From NCBI GenBank assembly GCA_042577865.1, contig JBHPDN010000004.1:1-52922 (forward strand): 52,922 nt of DNA, given 5' to 3'. The DNA comes from Nanobdellota archaeon. Its GTDB lineage: Archaea; Nanobdellota; Nanobdellia; Woesearchaeales; JAGLXL01. Below are positions 33,031 to 41,789 of this stretch, one piece after another. Position numbers and translations under genes: made by a program. How positions within the stretch are numbered: the stretch's first letter is position 1; each line of letters begins with the position of its first letter. Below the pieces are notes generated by a model that made no database searches, was not told the origin of the DNA, and saw only the letters and a program-made list of their open reading frames with translations.

Positions 33031-34536
33031 ATGAAAATTAAGAAGGAAATAGTTATTTTGCTGGTCATATTCTTATTAACTTTTGGAACAAGATTATTCC
33101 TTGTTTTACCGGCTGAAAACTTTTCTGCCAACGCTTATTTTGATCTGAGACAAGTTGAACATATTAAAGAAACAGGACTGCCTTTATATCAAGATGAGTT
33201 ATCTTACGGGGGAAGGACCTTACTATTTCCACCTTTTTTCCATTACTCTTTAGCTTTATTTAATATTTTTTTACCGTTAGAATTAGTGGGAAAGGTTATT
33301 CCCAACCTAATGATATCCTGCTTGGTTTTTGTTGTTTATTTAATTGCTAAAAAATTAACTAAACAAAAAGAAGCAGCTTTGTTCACAGCATTTATCTCTG
33401 GATTTGTTCCAGTGATCTTTGCCAAAACTATCTTTTCGGTTTCTATCTATTGTTTGATTTTACCTCTGATGTTTTTAGGACTTTATTCTTTGATGAATAT
33501 AGATAAAAAAAAATATGTTTATCTTTCAATTTTAATCATTGTTGTTCTATCTTTGACTAGTTCGATGGCAGTCTTGTTGATTTTAGGTCTGCTGGTTTAT
33601 TTGGTTTTTTCCGAGGTAGAAATCTTAAAGAGGAATAGAAGTGAAACTGAGCTGATTATCTTTGCTACGTTTGTGTTTTTCTGGATACAATTTTTGTTTT
33701 ATAAAAATGCTTTTTTAAGCCACGGTTTAGCTTTAGTGTGGCGTAATATTCCCGATCAGTTATTGGCCCAACAGTTTTCCAGTATCTCTATCTTTTCAGC
33801 GTTGATTCAAATTGGCTTTATCCCCTTTATTTGCGGGATTTTTATAATATATAAGTATGTGCTTAAGGAAAAAAATAAGTATATTTATATGTATGTGTCA
33901 TTGGCCATGGTGGTGACGCTTTTGTTATGGTTAAGGTTAATAGATCCAGTTATGGGTTTGATGTTTTTAGGACTAAGTCTGACAATTTTATTTGCTCAGT
34001 TTTTCAAAATGTTTTTTGATTATCTTAAGAGAACAAAATTCAACCGATTTAAAACAGGAATAATTGTGGTGATGGTTGGGATATTTGTTTTAACTTCAGT
34101 CTGGCCTTCATTTTCTTATGCTTCTGATGAACGGGATAATCTGGTTTCTGATGAGCTAATCCAAGCGTTACAGTGGTTATCCAAAGAAACACCAAAAGAT
34201 TCAACTATCTTAGGTAATTTACGGGAAGGTTATTTGATAACAGCAGTAGCCCAAAGAAAAAATGTGATGGATACCAATTTCTTGTTAATTGGAGATTCCA
34301 ATGAGATTTTTGATGATGTTGAGTTAATTTACTCAACTACTCACCAAATACAGGCAGTGGATTTGCTTAATAAGTATGATGTTGATTACATTATAATTTC
34401 AAATTACACAAAAAACTTTTATGATATTGAATCTTTAGATTATGAAGAAGAATCTTGTATCAAAATAGCTTACAAAACTTCAAAAATTAAAATCTTTAAA
34501 ACCACCTGTAAAATTGAGGAGAATGTATTCGGATGA
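33031..34536 (+). CDS. STT3/AglB-like GT-C membrane protein with a degenerate catalytic motif (WWDxG replaced by GNLREG)
   Basis: About 11 TM segments plus a C-terminal soluble domain. EL1-like AYFDLRQVEHIKETG...YQDELSYGGR. LQWLSKETPKDSTILGNLREGYLITAVAQRKNVMD parallels the STT3 segment WL..NTP.D..V.SWWDYGY.IT..A.R....D. Confidence 0.55.
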   Translation: MKIKKEIVILLVIFLLTFGTRLFLVLPAENFSANAYFDLRQVEHIKETGLPLYQDELSYGGRTLLFPPFFHYSLALFNIFLPLELVGKVIPNLMISCLVFVVYLIAKKLTKQKEAALFTAFISGFVPVIFAKTIFSVSIYCLILPLMFLGLYSLMNIDKKKYVYLSILIIVVLSLTSSMAVLLILGLLVYLVFSEVEILKRNRSETELIIFATFVFFWIQFLFYKNAFLSHGLALVWRNIPDQLLAQQFSSISIFSALIQIGFIPFICGIFIIYKYVLKEKNKYIYMYVSLAMVVTLLLWLRLIDPVMGLMFLGLSLTILFAQFFKMFFDYLKRTKFNRFKTGIIVVMVGIFVLTSVWPSFSYASDERDNLVSDELIQALQWLSKETPKDSTILGNLREGYLITAVAQRKNVMDTNFLLIGDSNEIFDDVELIYSTTHQIQAVDLLNKYDVDYIIISNYTKNFYDIESLDYEEESCIKIAYKTSKIKIFKTTCKIEENVFG

Positions 34537-35903
34537 AACTAACCAATAAAAAGTCAATTTTAATTTTATTTGTATTAACACTTGGGGTTTTGTTATTGCC
34601 TCAAATAATCAGGTTTTTAATGGGAAATCAGCTGTTGATAGGCCACACACCTTATTCTTTTTTGTATTTAATAAAGAATGGGCTTTATTGGCAATCTTCT
34701 TTTTTTCATCCAAGTATTCTGGTGATGACAGGGATTAATTATCTTTCTGATCAATTTTACTGGCAGTTAATTCCAACTCTATTGTTTGGTTTGGGATCCG
34801 TCTTTTTATTCTATAATTTGTTAAGGAAAAGTAAGCTGGAAATTGAACTGCAGTTAGCAGTAGCAGCTTTGTTAATTTTATCCCCTATTTTTATTTTTAC
34901 TTTTGCCACTCTTAACCACTATTCTGCTTTGATATTCTTAATCTTATTGGGTTTTAATTTTTTGATAACTAAAAAATGTAAATACTTGGCCTTGCCTGTT
35001 TTTTTAATTATTCCTTTTTTTGATGTTTTTACAACATTTTTTGTTTTGATTTTACTTTTGATGTATCTTTTCATTTCAAAAGAAAAATTTGTTTACTATA
35101 TATTTGGGTCTTTTTTACTTTTGACAATAATCCTGCAATTTGTTTACCCTCAAATTTTCTATCTGCAGCCAATTTTTCTTGAAAGAAATATTTCGTTTGA
35201 GTTTTTCTCTGATTTAGGAGGATTTCTTGGCTTTGGCTTTTTTCCTTTGCTATTGTCCTTCTTAGGATTGATTATAACTTGGAAACAAAAGAAAATTAAT
35301 TACTTGATTTATTTGTTGATAGTTTTTTTAATTGCCTCCTTTTTTATCCTAGGAGATTATGTTAATATATATTTGAATTTCTTTTTAGTACTTTTAGCCG
35401 GCCAAGGTTTTATCTGGCTATGGAAAAGATCATGGAAGTTTGATTTTTTGAAAAAAATCTCTGTTTTGATCTTAATCTTTGGTATTGTTTTTTCCACTGT
35501 GTCTTATGTTAACCGCCTATCGGTCGAGCCGTTAAATCCTTCGATCGAGGAAAGCATGATTTGGCTCAAAGACCGTACAAGTCCCGGAGGTTTTGTTTTG
35601 TCTCATCCAGAAAAAAGTTTTTGGATTGAAGCTATAGCTGAAAGAAAACCTTTTTTAGATATTTATGGCGATGATTACCAGCAAAGGCTGGAGACTGCAG
35701 AATTAATCTTTTATTCTAGAGATTGGAAATTAACAACTCAATTACTGGAAGAAAACAAAATTAAGTATATTTGGATTGATTCAGAAATGTTAAACGGTCA
35801 GGTTTGGAATGAGGAAGAGGAGGGTTTGTTGTTTTTGTTAAGAGACCCGAGATACAGAAGAATTTACCGTCAGGAAGGAATAGAAATCTGGAGATTTGAA
35901 TAA
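34533..35903 (+). CDS. Second GT-C/STT3-like polytopic membrane protein lacking WWDxG
   Basis: Multi-TM protein. MIWLKDRTSPGGFVLSHPEKSFWIEAIAERKPFLD aligns by eye to the same STT3 segment. ATGA overlap with the upstream gene. Confidence 0.45.
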   Translation: MKLTNKKSILILFVLTLGVLLLPQIIRFLMGNQLLIGHTPYSFLYLIKNGLYWQSSFFHPSILVMTGINYLSDQFYWQLIPTLLFGLGSVFLFYNLLRKSKLEIELQLAVAALLILSPIFIFTFATLNHYSALIFLILLGFNFLITKKCKYLALPVFLIIPFFDVFTTFFVLILLLMYLFISKEKFVYYIFGSFLLLTIILQFVYPQIFYLQPIFLERNISFEFFSDLGGFLGFGFFPLLLSFLGLIITWKQKKINYLIYLLIVFLIASFFILGDYVNIYLNFFLVLLAGQGFIWLWKRSWKFDFLKKISVLILIFGIVFSTVSYVNRLSVEPLNPSIEESMIWLKDRTSPGGFVLSHPEKSFWIEAIAERKPFLDIYGDDYQQRLETAELIFYSRDWKLTTQLLEENKIKYIWIDSEMLNGQVWNEEEEGLLFLLRDPRYRRIYRQEGIEIWRFE

Positions 35904-35904
35904 G

Positions 35905-37158
35905 ATGCAATTGATTATGTATGTGCTTTGGGTAACTTACTTCTTCTCATTATTTTTTGCTGTTTTTTGGCTAATGACTTTTTTAACTGAAGGTGTGGGA
36001 AGCAAACATAAGAAACTCAAGAGATACCCTTTAGTTTCTGTAGTTATGCCGGCTTATAATGAAGAGGAAAGTATTTTGGAGAGCATTAAATCTGTTCTAC
36101 AATTAGATTACCCAAGGAACAAATTAGAAATGGTGGTTGTTAATGACGGCAGCCAAGATAAAACCAGACAAAAAGTTGAAGATTTTATCCAAACTGTTAA
36201 AGATTTTAACATTAAATTGATTAACAAGAAGAATGGGGGAAAAGGTTCAGCCTTAAATGCTGGTTTAAGAAAAATAAAAGGAGAATATTTTGTTTGTTTG
36301 GACGCTGATTCTTTTGTTCAATCTAACGCTTTGAAGAAATTATTGCCTCATTTTGACAGAGAAGATGTAGCAGCTGTTTTGCCTGCTTTGAAAGTTTCAA
36401 AGAAGAAAAGTAACTTACTGCAAAAGATGCAGCATTATGAGTATGTTATCAATATGTTTTACAAAGAACTGATGAGTAAGCTTGATTGTATCAGAGTAAC
36501 TCCTGGTCCGTTTTCTGTTTACAAAGCATCTATTTTAAAGAAGATGGGGGGGTTTGATGAAGACCGTAACCTGACTGAGGATTTGGAAATGGCTTTACGA
36601 TTACAAAGTCATCATTACAAATTGGTTCAGGTTTTAAACACCCATGTTTCAACCATAGCACCAAGAACTTTTAAGGGTGTTTACAAGCAACGAAATAGAT
36701 GGTACAAAGGGTCTGTTTTGAATACTCTGAAATATAAAAAAATGTTATTAAATAAAAAATATGGTGATTTTGGATTGATGGAAATGCCCACTACGCTGAT
36801 TTCCGGAGCCATAGCTTTAGTTCTACTCTTTTCTTTAGTTTATTACACAGCTAAACCAATTATCAAGAATTTTTATCATTTAAGTTTGGTTAATTTTGAT
36901 ATTCTTACTTTTATCAAAAATTGGGCGTTGAAATTTCATATATTGGATTTGAATTACAGTCTGATTGTAGTGGGAGTGATTATGCTTTTAATCACATTGT
37001 ATGTTTTAAGAAAATCCCATATAATCAATAAGGAGAAGGTGTTTAGATTTGGTTTTATCCCTTTGATCTTTTATTTATTGATGTATTTTGTTATCTTAAG
37101 CTTAGTTTGGCTGGGAATTGCCTTTGACTTTGTTTTGGCCAGAAGACAGAAGTGGTGA
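35905..37158 (+). CDS. Processive family-2 glycosyltransferase (cellulose/chitin/PNAG-synthase-like, D,D,D,QxxRW)
   Basis: VVMPAYNEE, VVVNDGSQDKT, GGKGSALNAG, VCLDADS, TEDLEMALRL and QRNRWYKG, with TM helices at the N- and C-termini. ATG 35905 is preferred over the TTG at 35896. Confidence 0.8.
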   Translation: MQLIMYVLWVTYFFSLFFAVFWLMTFLTEGVGSKHKKLKRYPLVSVVMPAYNEEESILESIKSVLQLDYPRNKLEMVVVNDGSQDKTRQKVEDFIQTVKDFNIKLINKKNGGKGSALNAGLRKIKGEYFVCLDADSFVQSNALKKLLPHFDREDVAAVLPALKVSKKKSNLLQKMQHYEYVINMFYKELMSKLDCIRVTPGPFSVYKASILKKMGGFDEDRNLTEDLEMALRLQSHHYKLVQVLNTHVSTIAPRTFKGVYKQRNRWYKGSVLNTLKYKKMLLNKKYGDFGLMEMPTTLISGAIALVLLFSLVYYTAKPIIKNFYHLSLVNFDILTFIKNWALKFHILDLNYSLIVVGVIMLLITLYVLRKSHIINKEKVFRFGFIPLIFYLLMYFVILSLVWLGIAFDFVLARRQKW

Positions 37159-37205
37159 GTGGAGTTTAATAAATAATATAAAGCAGGTTATTAGGTGATG
37201 ATTTT

Positions 37206-37910
37206 ATGGTAGTGAGGAAAGTCAGCAAAGAAAAATATCTAATCGCCTTTTTAGTAACTTTGGGAATTTTTGGTTTAGGCTTATTATTGGGGTTGGTGAT
37301 TGATGGTAAAAGAGTAGAATATGTCCAATTCCAGGACAAAGTTCAAACATTAGACTTTTCTTCTTTACAGTTGCAGTATCAATTCATTGATGAATTTAAG
37401 GAAAAAAATAATTGTCAGGCCTTAGCTAAAACATTTGATGACAACATTCAAAATTTGGAATTGATACGATCAAAAATTGAAAGTTATCAACAAGATTCAA
37501 CCTTAAGTTATGATGAGTTTGACTTATTGAAACGTGAATATGTTTTAGCTCAAATCAGATATTGGATGCTTTCCAAGAAGACAAAAGAAGTTTGTGGTTT
37601 AGATCATTCCACAATTCTTTACTTTTTTGGACCGGCAAAAGACTGCTCTGATTGTGATAAACAGTCCTTTCTTTTGACTTATTTGAAACAGAAATTTGGT
37701 ATGAATCTCTTAAACTTTGTTTTTGATGGTACTTTTGAGGATGAACCATTAATAGTTCTTTTAAAGAAAACATATGGTGTTGAGATCTACCCCACACTAG
37801 TTATCAACGAAGAAAAATTCGAAGGTTACACTGAAATTAAAACTATCCTTTTAGAAATTTGTGAATCAAGTGGGGAAGAAGTAGATATTTGCGAGAATTA
37901 TATTGAATAA
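37206..37910 (+). CDS. Membrane-anchored thioredoxin-fold-like protein with a CxxC motif (predicted extracytoplasmic)
   Basis: N-in signal anchor KVSKEKYLIAFLVTLGIFGLGLLLGLVI. ILYFFGPAKDCSDCDKQ (CSDC at 37644-37655) followed by ...YGVEIYPTLVINEEKFEGY resembles a Trx/DsbA-type layout. Confidence 0.5.
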   Translation: MVVRKVSKEKYLIAFLVTLGIFGLGLLLGLVIDGKRVEYVQFQDKVQTLDFSSLQLQYQFIDEFKEKNNCQALAKTFDDNIQNLELIRSKIESYQQDSTLSYDEFDLLKREYVLAQIRYWMLSKKTKEVCGLDHSTILYFFGPAKDCSDCDKQSFLLTYLKQKFGMNLLNFVFDGTFEDEPLIVLLKKTYGVEIYPTLVINEEKFEGYTEIKTILLEICESSGEEVDICENYIE

Positions 37911-37912
37911 CT

Positions 37913-38368
37913 TTACTTTGATTTCATCAAGTCCCCAATAGTAAATCCTTCTGAGCTTCCTTTGGGCAAGGGGATCTTTTTTTCTTCTGTCTTTTGAATT
38001 AACTTGATGCCCAGCAGTTTTTCTAATTTTTTAGCCAAGACCAGACTGGGCTCAAAGGAACCAACCTCCATTTTGTGGAGAAGACTTTCTTTTTCATTTA
38101 TTTTTTTAGCAAAGTCTTCTTGACTAAGGCCCATTTTTTCCCTGGCTTGCCTGATTTTTTGAGCATAATCTGAAATGATTGTTTCAGCAGTTTCCAGGGC
38201 AGGTTCTTTTCTCTCTCTTTTAGAGAATTGATGGACTTTTTTAGCTGGTTTTTCTAAAGGCTCTTTTAACTGGCCAAATGAAGCACAATTTTTACAAACC
38301 ATCATCTCAGTACCTTCTACTTCGGCCTTAAAAAGTTTAGTTTCTTTACCACAAAGATCGCAGTTCAT
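37913..38368 (-). CDS. mbf1: Archaeal multiprotein-bridging factor 1 (Zn-ribbon + HTH)
   Basis: N-terminal Zn ribbon CDLCGK...CKNC. C-terminal HTH_3 pattern IRQAREKMGLSQEDFAKKINEKESLLHKMEVG...P....AKKLEKLLGIKL. Confidence 0.8.
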   Translation of the reverse strand: MNCDLCGKETKLFKAEVEGTEMMVCKNCASFGQLKEPLEKPAKKVHQFSKRERKEPALETAETIISDYAQKIRQAREKMGLSQEDFAKKINEKESLLHKMEVGSFEPSLVLAKKLEKLLGIKLIQKTEEKKIPLPKGSSEGFTIGDLMKSK

Positions 38369-38503
38369 TTTAACCTATAGTAATGTTATTTTGTATAATA
38401 ATTTTTCTTTTTTAAGAGAACAAATCTGCTTTTTTAATAAGAAATTAAATACGTAACATTTATAAATAATCTACCTTTTAAAGTAGTAAATTTAATTTTC
38501 GGG

Positions 38504-41500
38504 GTGGAAATTTTGTCGGAGGATGAAGAAATAACCAGAGACACCAGTTCTAAAGAAGAATCTAAAGATAAATTTGACGAGAAAGAAGAAAAGAAGCCTC
38601 AAGAAGAGCTATCTAAAGAGATTGATGGTATTGAAGTAAAAAAGAAAGACAAGATTTTTGTGGTTGAAAAGGAAAAATCTGAAGAAACTGATTCTGACGA
38701 TGATTTGTCATTTGATTTTTCTAAAATTAAAGGGATTTTTAAGAGAAAGAAAAAAGATAAAGAAAAAAAAGAAATTTTTGAAGAAAAGTCTGATGAAGAT
38801 TTGTCTTTGAATTTCAAAGGGATTTTGGGTTTTTTCAATAAAAATAAGAAGTGGTTGATTCCAATATTTTTTATTTTAATTGCGATGTTCTTTGCTGTTT
38901 ATATTAGGGCACAGCCAGCCTGGCTTCCAGTAACTGATAGTTGGGCTGAAGACTCTGTTTATGGCTTTTACAAAGATCAGATTAGGGGCAGTATCAATCA
39001 ACAATATCCTAATCTGCCAGAACAAAATAAACAAACTTTGATTGACCAGGAGTTCCAGAAATTTTTAAAAGATAATAAAGGAATGATGGAGCAGCAAATT
39101 GAAGCTACTTCTGAGAACTTTAAACAACAGTTGAAAGATGATGATGGACAGACTTATTTAATAGCAATAGATCCTTATTACTACCTTAGACATGCCCAAC
39201 ATTATTTAGATCATGGTTATGCTGGAACTGAATATGCTGGAGGCACTACTGCCCAAAAACTAATGTACCCTCATATTGATTTTTCTAAACAAGTTAGTTG
39301 GGATGGTCAAAGAATGGCTCCTGTTGGAGGATTGGCCAAAATGAGTTTTCATACTTATGTAATCAGTTATTTATATAAATTTTTGAGTATCTTTACTGAC
39401 ATCTCCTTGATGGGGGCTGCATTTTGGGTGCCTGTCTTAATTTCGGCTTTGTCTGTTATTCCTGCTTTTTTTATTGGTAGAAGACTTGGTGGTAATATAG
39501 GTGGTTTGTTTGCCGCAGTGATGCTAGCAGTTCATTTAGCTTTTGTTAATAGGACTGTTGCAGGTTTCTCTGACACAGACGCTTATAATGTTTTTTTCCC
39601 TCTTTTGACTGTTTGGTTTTTATTTGAAGCATTTGCAACTAAAGATCTGAAGAAAAGAATTGGTTTGATATTTTTGTCTAGTTTTTCGCTGGGAATTTTT
39701 GCTTATACTTGGAATGGTTGGTGGTATATTTTTAATTTTATCTTGGGTGCGATTGTTGTTTACCTTATTTATTTAATTGCAATCAAAATTAAAAATATCA
39801 AAGAAATATGGAAAGATCAGTCTTTTAAGAAAGCTCTTTTTGTTTTCCTACTATTCGTTTTGATTTCTGGGGTTTTTGTTTCTTTTTTTGCCGGCTTTAA
39901 TACGTTTATTGATGGTTTTTTTCAATCTGGTTTAAGAGCTGTGTTTGGTCTTAAATCTGTGGCTGTATCAACTTTGTGGCCTAATATTAGAACAACAGTA
40001 GCAGAATTAAATGAAGCCTCTTTAAAGACCATCATCAATCAAATTGGGGGAATGTTTTTATTTCTAATAGCTGTAATTGGTGTTTTGTTAACTGTTGTTA
40101 AAAAAGATGAAGAAGGGAAAAGAGATGTTAAATATGCTATTCTTTTGATCATCTGGTTTTTCGGAACTATTTATGCTACGATGAGTGGTATTAGATTTAT
40201 CTTGCTTTTAGTCCCTGCCTTTGCCCTTGGTTTTGGAGCTTTTTGTGGAATCGTTTATACTTATGTTTCAAAATGGATTTCTAACGAACTAAAAGTGCCA
40301 AAGTGGATAACTCAAGTAGTTATTATTGTTTTATTAGCAGTTTTGTTAATATCTCCAATAAAAGCTAGTTATAATCAAGCTGTCAATGGAGAAATTCCTA
40401 GCATGAATGATGCTTGGTATTCCACTTTAACTAAAATAAAAGAAGAGAGCCAACCTGATGCAATTATTAACAGTTGGTGGGACTTTGGCCACTGGTTTAT
40501 CACTTTGGCCGACCGATCAGCTACGTTTGATGGAGCTGGCCAAGATAAACATATGGCTCATTGGATAGGGAAAAGTTTATTGACTAAAGATGAGAAAACA
40601 ACGATTGGCATATTACGAATGGTCGACTGTGGCAATAACAACGCTTTTTGGACTTTGGACAAAATTTTTGATGACACCCCTAAAACAATTGATGTTTTGA
40701 ATGAAATTGTTGTTGAGGATAAGGAAGAAGCAATGACAGTTCTTAATGGATATGGTTTGGATGCTGAACAAATTGCTTCTGTGCTTAAATATACACATTG
40801 CCAGCCCCCAGAAGATTATTACATCACTTCTGATGATATGGTTGGTAAGGCTGGTGTTTGGGGTCACTTTGGCAGTTGGGACTTCCATAGGGCAGAAATG
40901 TACCAACAAACAAACAGTTTAGATCCGATTGAAGCAAGCTCCCTTTTAATGGAAAATTACAATCTTTCTGAAGAAGAAGCTGATAACATTTACTACCAAA
41001 TACAAAACACCGAAGCTAATCGTTGGATTAGCCCTTGGCCTGGTTATATGGGAACTGATCTTTGTAGAAAGGAAAATAATGAACTTACCTGTAACTTTAA
41101 TATTCAAGATCAAGAAATAATTATGGGTATTGATTTAAATACGTTAAATACTACAGTAAAAAATACCCAAGATCTCGCCTATCCTAATTCATTGGTTTAT
41201 GTGACTGAAGATTCTATTGCAGAGAAAGAGTTTTCTGGAAACCTTGCTGGTTTTTCTTTGGTTTTGGTTCCTGAAGGAAATAATTTTAGGGCAGTAATGG
41301 CTGATCCCTTACAATCTAAAAGCATGTTTGCCCAACTTTTCTTTTTTAGAGGCCATGGATTAGAGTGTTTTGATTTATTTGATGAACAGAGACAAGTGAC
41401 TGGAGGGATGATTTATGTTTGGAAAGTTGATTGGAGCTGCTCTTCTGAAAATAATATTTTTTTCCAAGAGCCGGAAGAAATAGTTGAAGAGGAAATTAGG

Positions 41501-41785
41501 GCCAGCCATATCTTGATTAGTACTGATGATAAGACTGACGAAGAAGCTTTGGAATTGATTCAAGAGATTAAAGACCAAATAAATGAAACTAATTTTGCTG
41601 AATTGGCTGAACAGTATTCAGAAGGCCCTTCTGCAGTTAATGGTGGTGATTTGGGTTGGTTTGGTAAGGGGATGATGGTTAAGGAATTTGAAGAAGCTGC
41701 TTTTAGTTTGGAAATAGGAGAAGTTTCTGAGCCGGTGAAAACTCAGTTTGGCTGGCATTTGATTGTGGTGGTTGATAGGAGGTAA
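38504..41785 (+). CDS. aglB: Oligosaccharyltransferase AglB/STT3 with a charged N-terminal extension and a C-terminal parvulin-type PPIase domain
   Basis: GTG start (no in-frame ATG before the first TM). EL1 motif IDPYYYLRHA. WWDFGHW at 40475-40489. About 13 TM segments. The last roughly 95 aa read as a PpiC/parvulin domain. Confidence 0.9.
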   Translation: MEILSEDEEITRDTSSKEESKDKFDEKEEKKPQEELSKEIDGIEVKKKDKIFVVEKEKSEETDSDDDLSFDFSKIKGIFKRKKKDKEKKEIFEEKSDEDLSLNFKGILGFFNKNKKWLIPIFFILIAMFFAVYIRAQPAWLPVTDSWAEDSVYGFYKDQIRGSINQQYPNLPEQNKQTLIDQEFQKFLKDNKGMMEQQIEATSENFKQQLKDDDGQTYLIAIDPYYYLRHAQHYLDHGYAGTEYAGGTTAQKLMYPHIDFSKQVSWDGQRMAPVGGLAKMSFHTYVISYLYKFLSIFTDISLMGAAFWVPVLISALSVIPAFFIGRRLGGNIGGLFAAVMLAVHLAFVNRTVAGFSDTDAYNVFFPLLTVWFLFEAFATKDLKKRIGLIFLSSFSLGIFAYTWNGWWYIFNFILGAIVVYLIYLIAIKIKNIKEIWKDQSFKKALFVFLLFVLISGVFVSFFAGFNTFIDGFFQSGLRAVFGLKSVAVSTLWPNIRTTVAELNEASLKTIINQIGGMFLFLIAVIGVLLTVVKKDEEGKRDVKYAILLIIWFFGTIYATMSGIRFILLLVPAFALGFGAFCGIVYTYVSKWISNELKVPKWITQVVIIVLLAVLLISPIKASYNQAVNGEIPSMNDAWYSTLTKIKEESQPDAIINSWWDFGHWFITLADRSATFDGAGQDKHMAHWIGKSLLTKDEKTTIGILRMVDCGNNNAFWTLDKIFDDTPKTIDVLNEIVVEDKEEAMTVLNGYGLDAEQIASVLKYTHCQPPEDYYITSDDMVGKAGVWGHFGSWDFHRAEMYQQTNSLDPIEASSLLMENYNLSEEEADNIYYQIQNTEANRWISPWPGYMGTDLCRKENNELTCNFNIQDQEIIMGIDLNTLNTTVKNTQDLAYPNSLVYVTEDSIAEKEFSGNLAGFSLVLVPEGNNFRAVMADPLQSKSMFAQLFFFRGHGLECFDLFDEQRQVTGGMIYVWKVDWSCSSENNIFFQEPEEIVEEEIRASHILISTDDKTDEEALELIQEIKDQINETNFAELAEQYSEGPSAVNGGDLGWFGKGMMVKEFEEAAFSLEIGEVSEPVKTQFGWHLIVVVDRR
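41486..41782 (+). other. Parvulin (PpiC-type) peptidyl-prolyl isomerase domain fused to the AglB C-terminus
   Basis: IRASHILISTDD...ALELIQEIKDQI....FAELAEQYSEGPSAVNGGDLGWFGKGMMVKEFEEAAFSLEIGEVSEPVKTQFGWHLIVV is the canonical parvulin pattern (H-I-L ... S.....GG.LG.F..G.M...F....F.L..G..S..V.T..G.H.I). Confidence 0.8.
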
Positions 41786-41789
41786 TAAA

